Shown: piece by piece, positions 43,930-44,555 of the stretch
Numbering within the stretch: the stretch's first letter is position 1
How the letters are laid out: the number at the start of each line of letters is the position of its first letter
From: an uncultured Clostridia bacterium
GTDB taxonomy: Bacteria; Bacillota; Clostridia; Oscillospirales; Acutalibacteraceae
Direction: 5' to 3'
Assembly: GCA_945221685.1 (NCBI GenBank)
Contig: CALYNN010000001.1
Coordinates: forward strand, 1 to 44,555
Length of the DNA: 44,555 nt
Translations under genes and position numbers: made by a program
The notes under the pieces: model-generated
The model's database searches: none
What the model saw: the letters and a program-made list of their open reading frames with translations, nothing else
Told to the model about the DNA's origin: nothing

Positions 43930-44555
43930 ATGAATATAACTGAAATCATCACTGCCGTTGGGGTAGTGTGCGCAATAAGCCTTATTATCGGCATTGTTTT
44001 AGGCGTTGCCGAAAAGGTTTTTCATGTTGATGTTAACGAAAAGGAAACTGCGGTCCGCGAGGCTCTGCCCGGAAGCAACTGCGGCGGCTGCGGCTACGCA
44101 GGGTGTGACAGTCTTGCAAAGGCTATTGCAAACGGCGAGGCTCCCGTTTCCGCCTGCCCTGTGGGAGGAAAGGCGGCGGCAGAGCAGATTGCCGCAATTA
44201 TGGGCCAAGAGCTTGGCGAAATGCAGAGAATGGTTGCATATGTTAAGTGCGACGGAACTGCGGAAAAGCGAGAGGGCGACTATAATTACTTTGGTATAGA
44301 CAGCTGTGTTTATGCGGCAAAAATGCCCGGCTCAAGCCCCTACGCCTGCAAATTCGGCTGCTTGGGCTTCGGCTCCTGCGCAAAGGTTTGCCCCCAGCGT
44401 GCAATAAGAATTATTGACCGCAAGGCTGTAGTTGACGAAAGTCTTTGCGTAGCCTGCGGAAAATGCTTATTATTCTGCCCCTACTGAATTATTGAGCTTG
44501 TGCCTGCAAACTCCTCATACTGAGTTCAGTGCTCATCTCTTTCAAAGGGCAAGGA
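43930..44555 (+). CDS. rnfB: Rnf complex subunit B, runs off the contig end; two in-frame TGA in the last 71 bp are probably sequence errors
   Basis: LPGSNCGGCGYAGC, CPVGG, GCLGFGSCAKVCP and CVACGKC. RnfB-like sequence continues in frame past the stops (IIELVP...VQCSS..KGK). Confidence 0.9.

Noticed and set aside
2975-44299. Numerous short antisense or alternate-frame ORFs in the track
   Set aside because: They are shadows of long, codon-biased genes and lack an RBS and recognisable motifs.
44485-44523. TGA recoding (selenocysteine or alternative genetic code) in rnfB
   Set aside because: The positions are not Cys-motif sites, other genes here end normally in TGA (13716, 42655), and both lie in the last 71 bp of the contig.

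Overview
A 44.6 kb piece of a Bacillota (Clostridia) chromosome. Gene content and signal-peptide style suggest a gut Oscillospirales/'Eubacterium'-like organism, which is an inference. It looks like an assembled contig: bases 1-49 are untrimmed Illumina Nextera adapter, and the last ~100 bp look error-rich. Left to right it carries: a 5'-truncated PhoR-like histidine kinase; a membrane-anchored hypothetical protein; a decayed dockerin-tagged gene; a minus-strand VTC-domain / DUF4956 / DUF4353-lipoprotein / 1752-aa CotH-kinase cluster with a PhoP/OmpR-like direct repeat in its leader; a divergent TetR-HK-RR operon; a type II P-type ATPase under a yybP-ykoY (Mn2+) riboswitch; a ~20.6 kb block of uncharacterised secreted proteins; an aldo/keto reductase; and rnfCDGEAB. 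The best candidate for an undescribed system is 17.5-38.3 kb. Its minus-strand operon encodes a 2214-aa dockerin protein, a 358-aa cohesin-like+dockerin adaptor, a 1096-aa protein with a cohesin-like head on a Cys/His-repeat stalk, and an unannotated 36-aa peptide with a YxKP leader-like motif. A divergent gene encodes a 2808-aa secreted helical-repeat protein. No glycoside hydrolase is recognisable, so this looks like a non-cellulosomal cohesin-dockerin cell-surface assembly. All domain calls come from motif recognition by eye; no searches were run.
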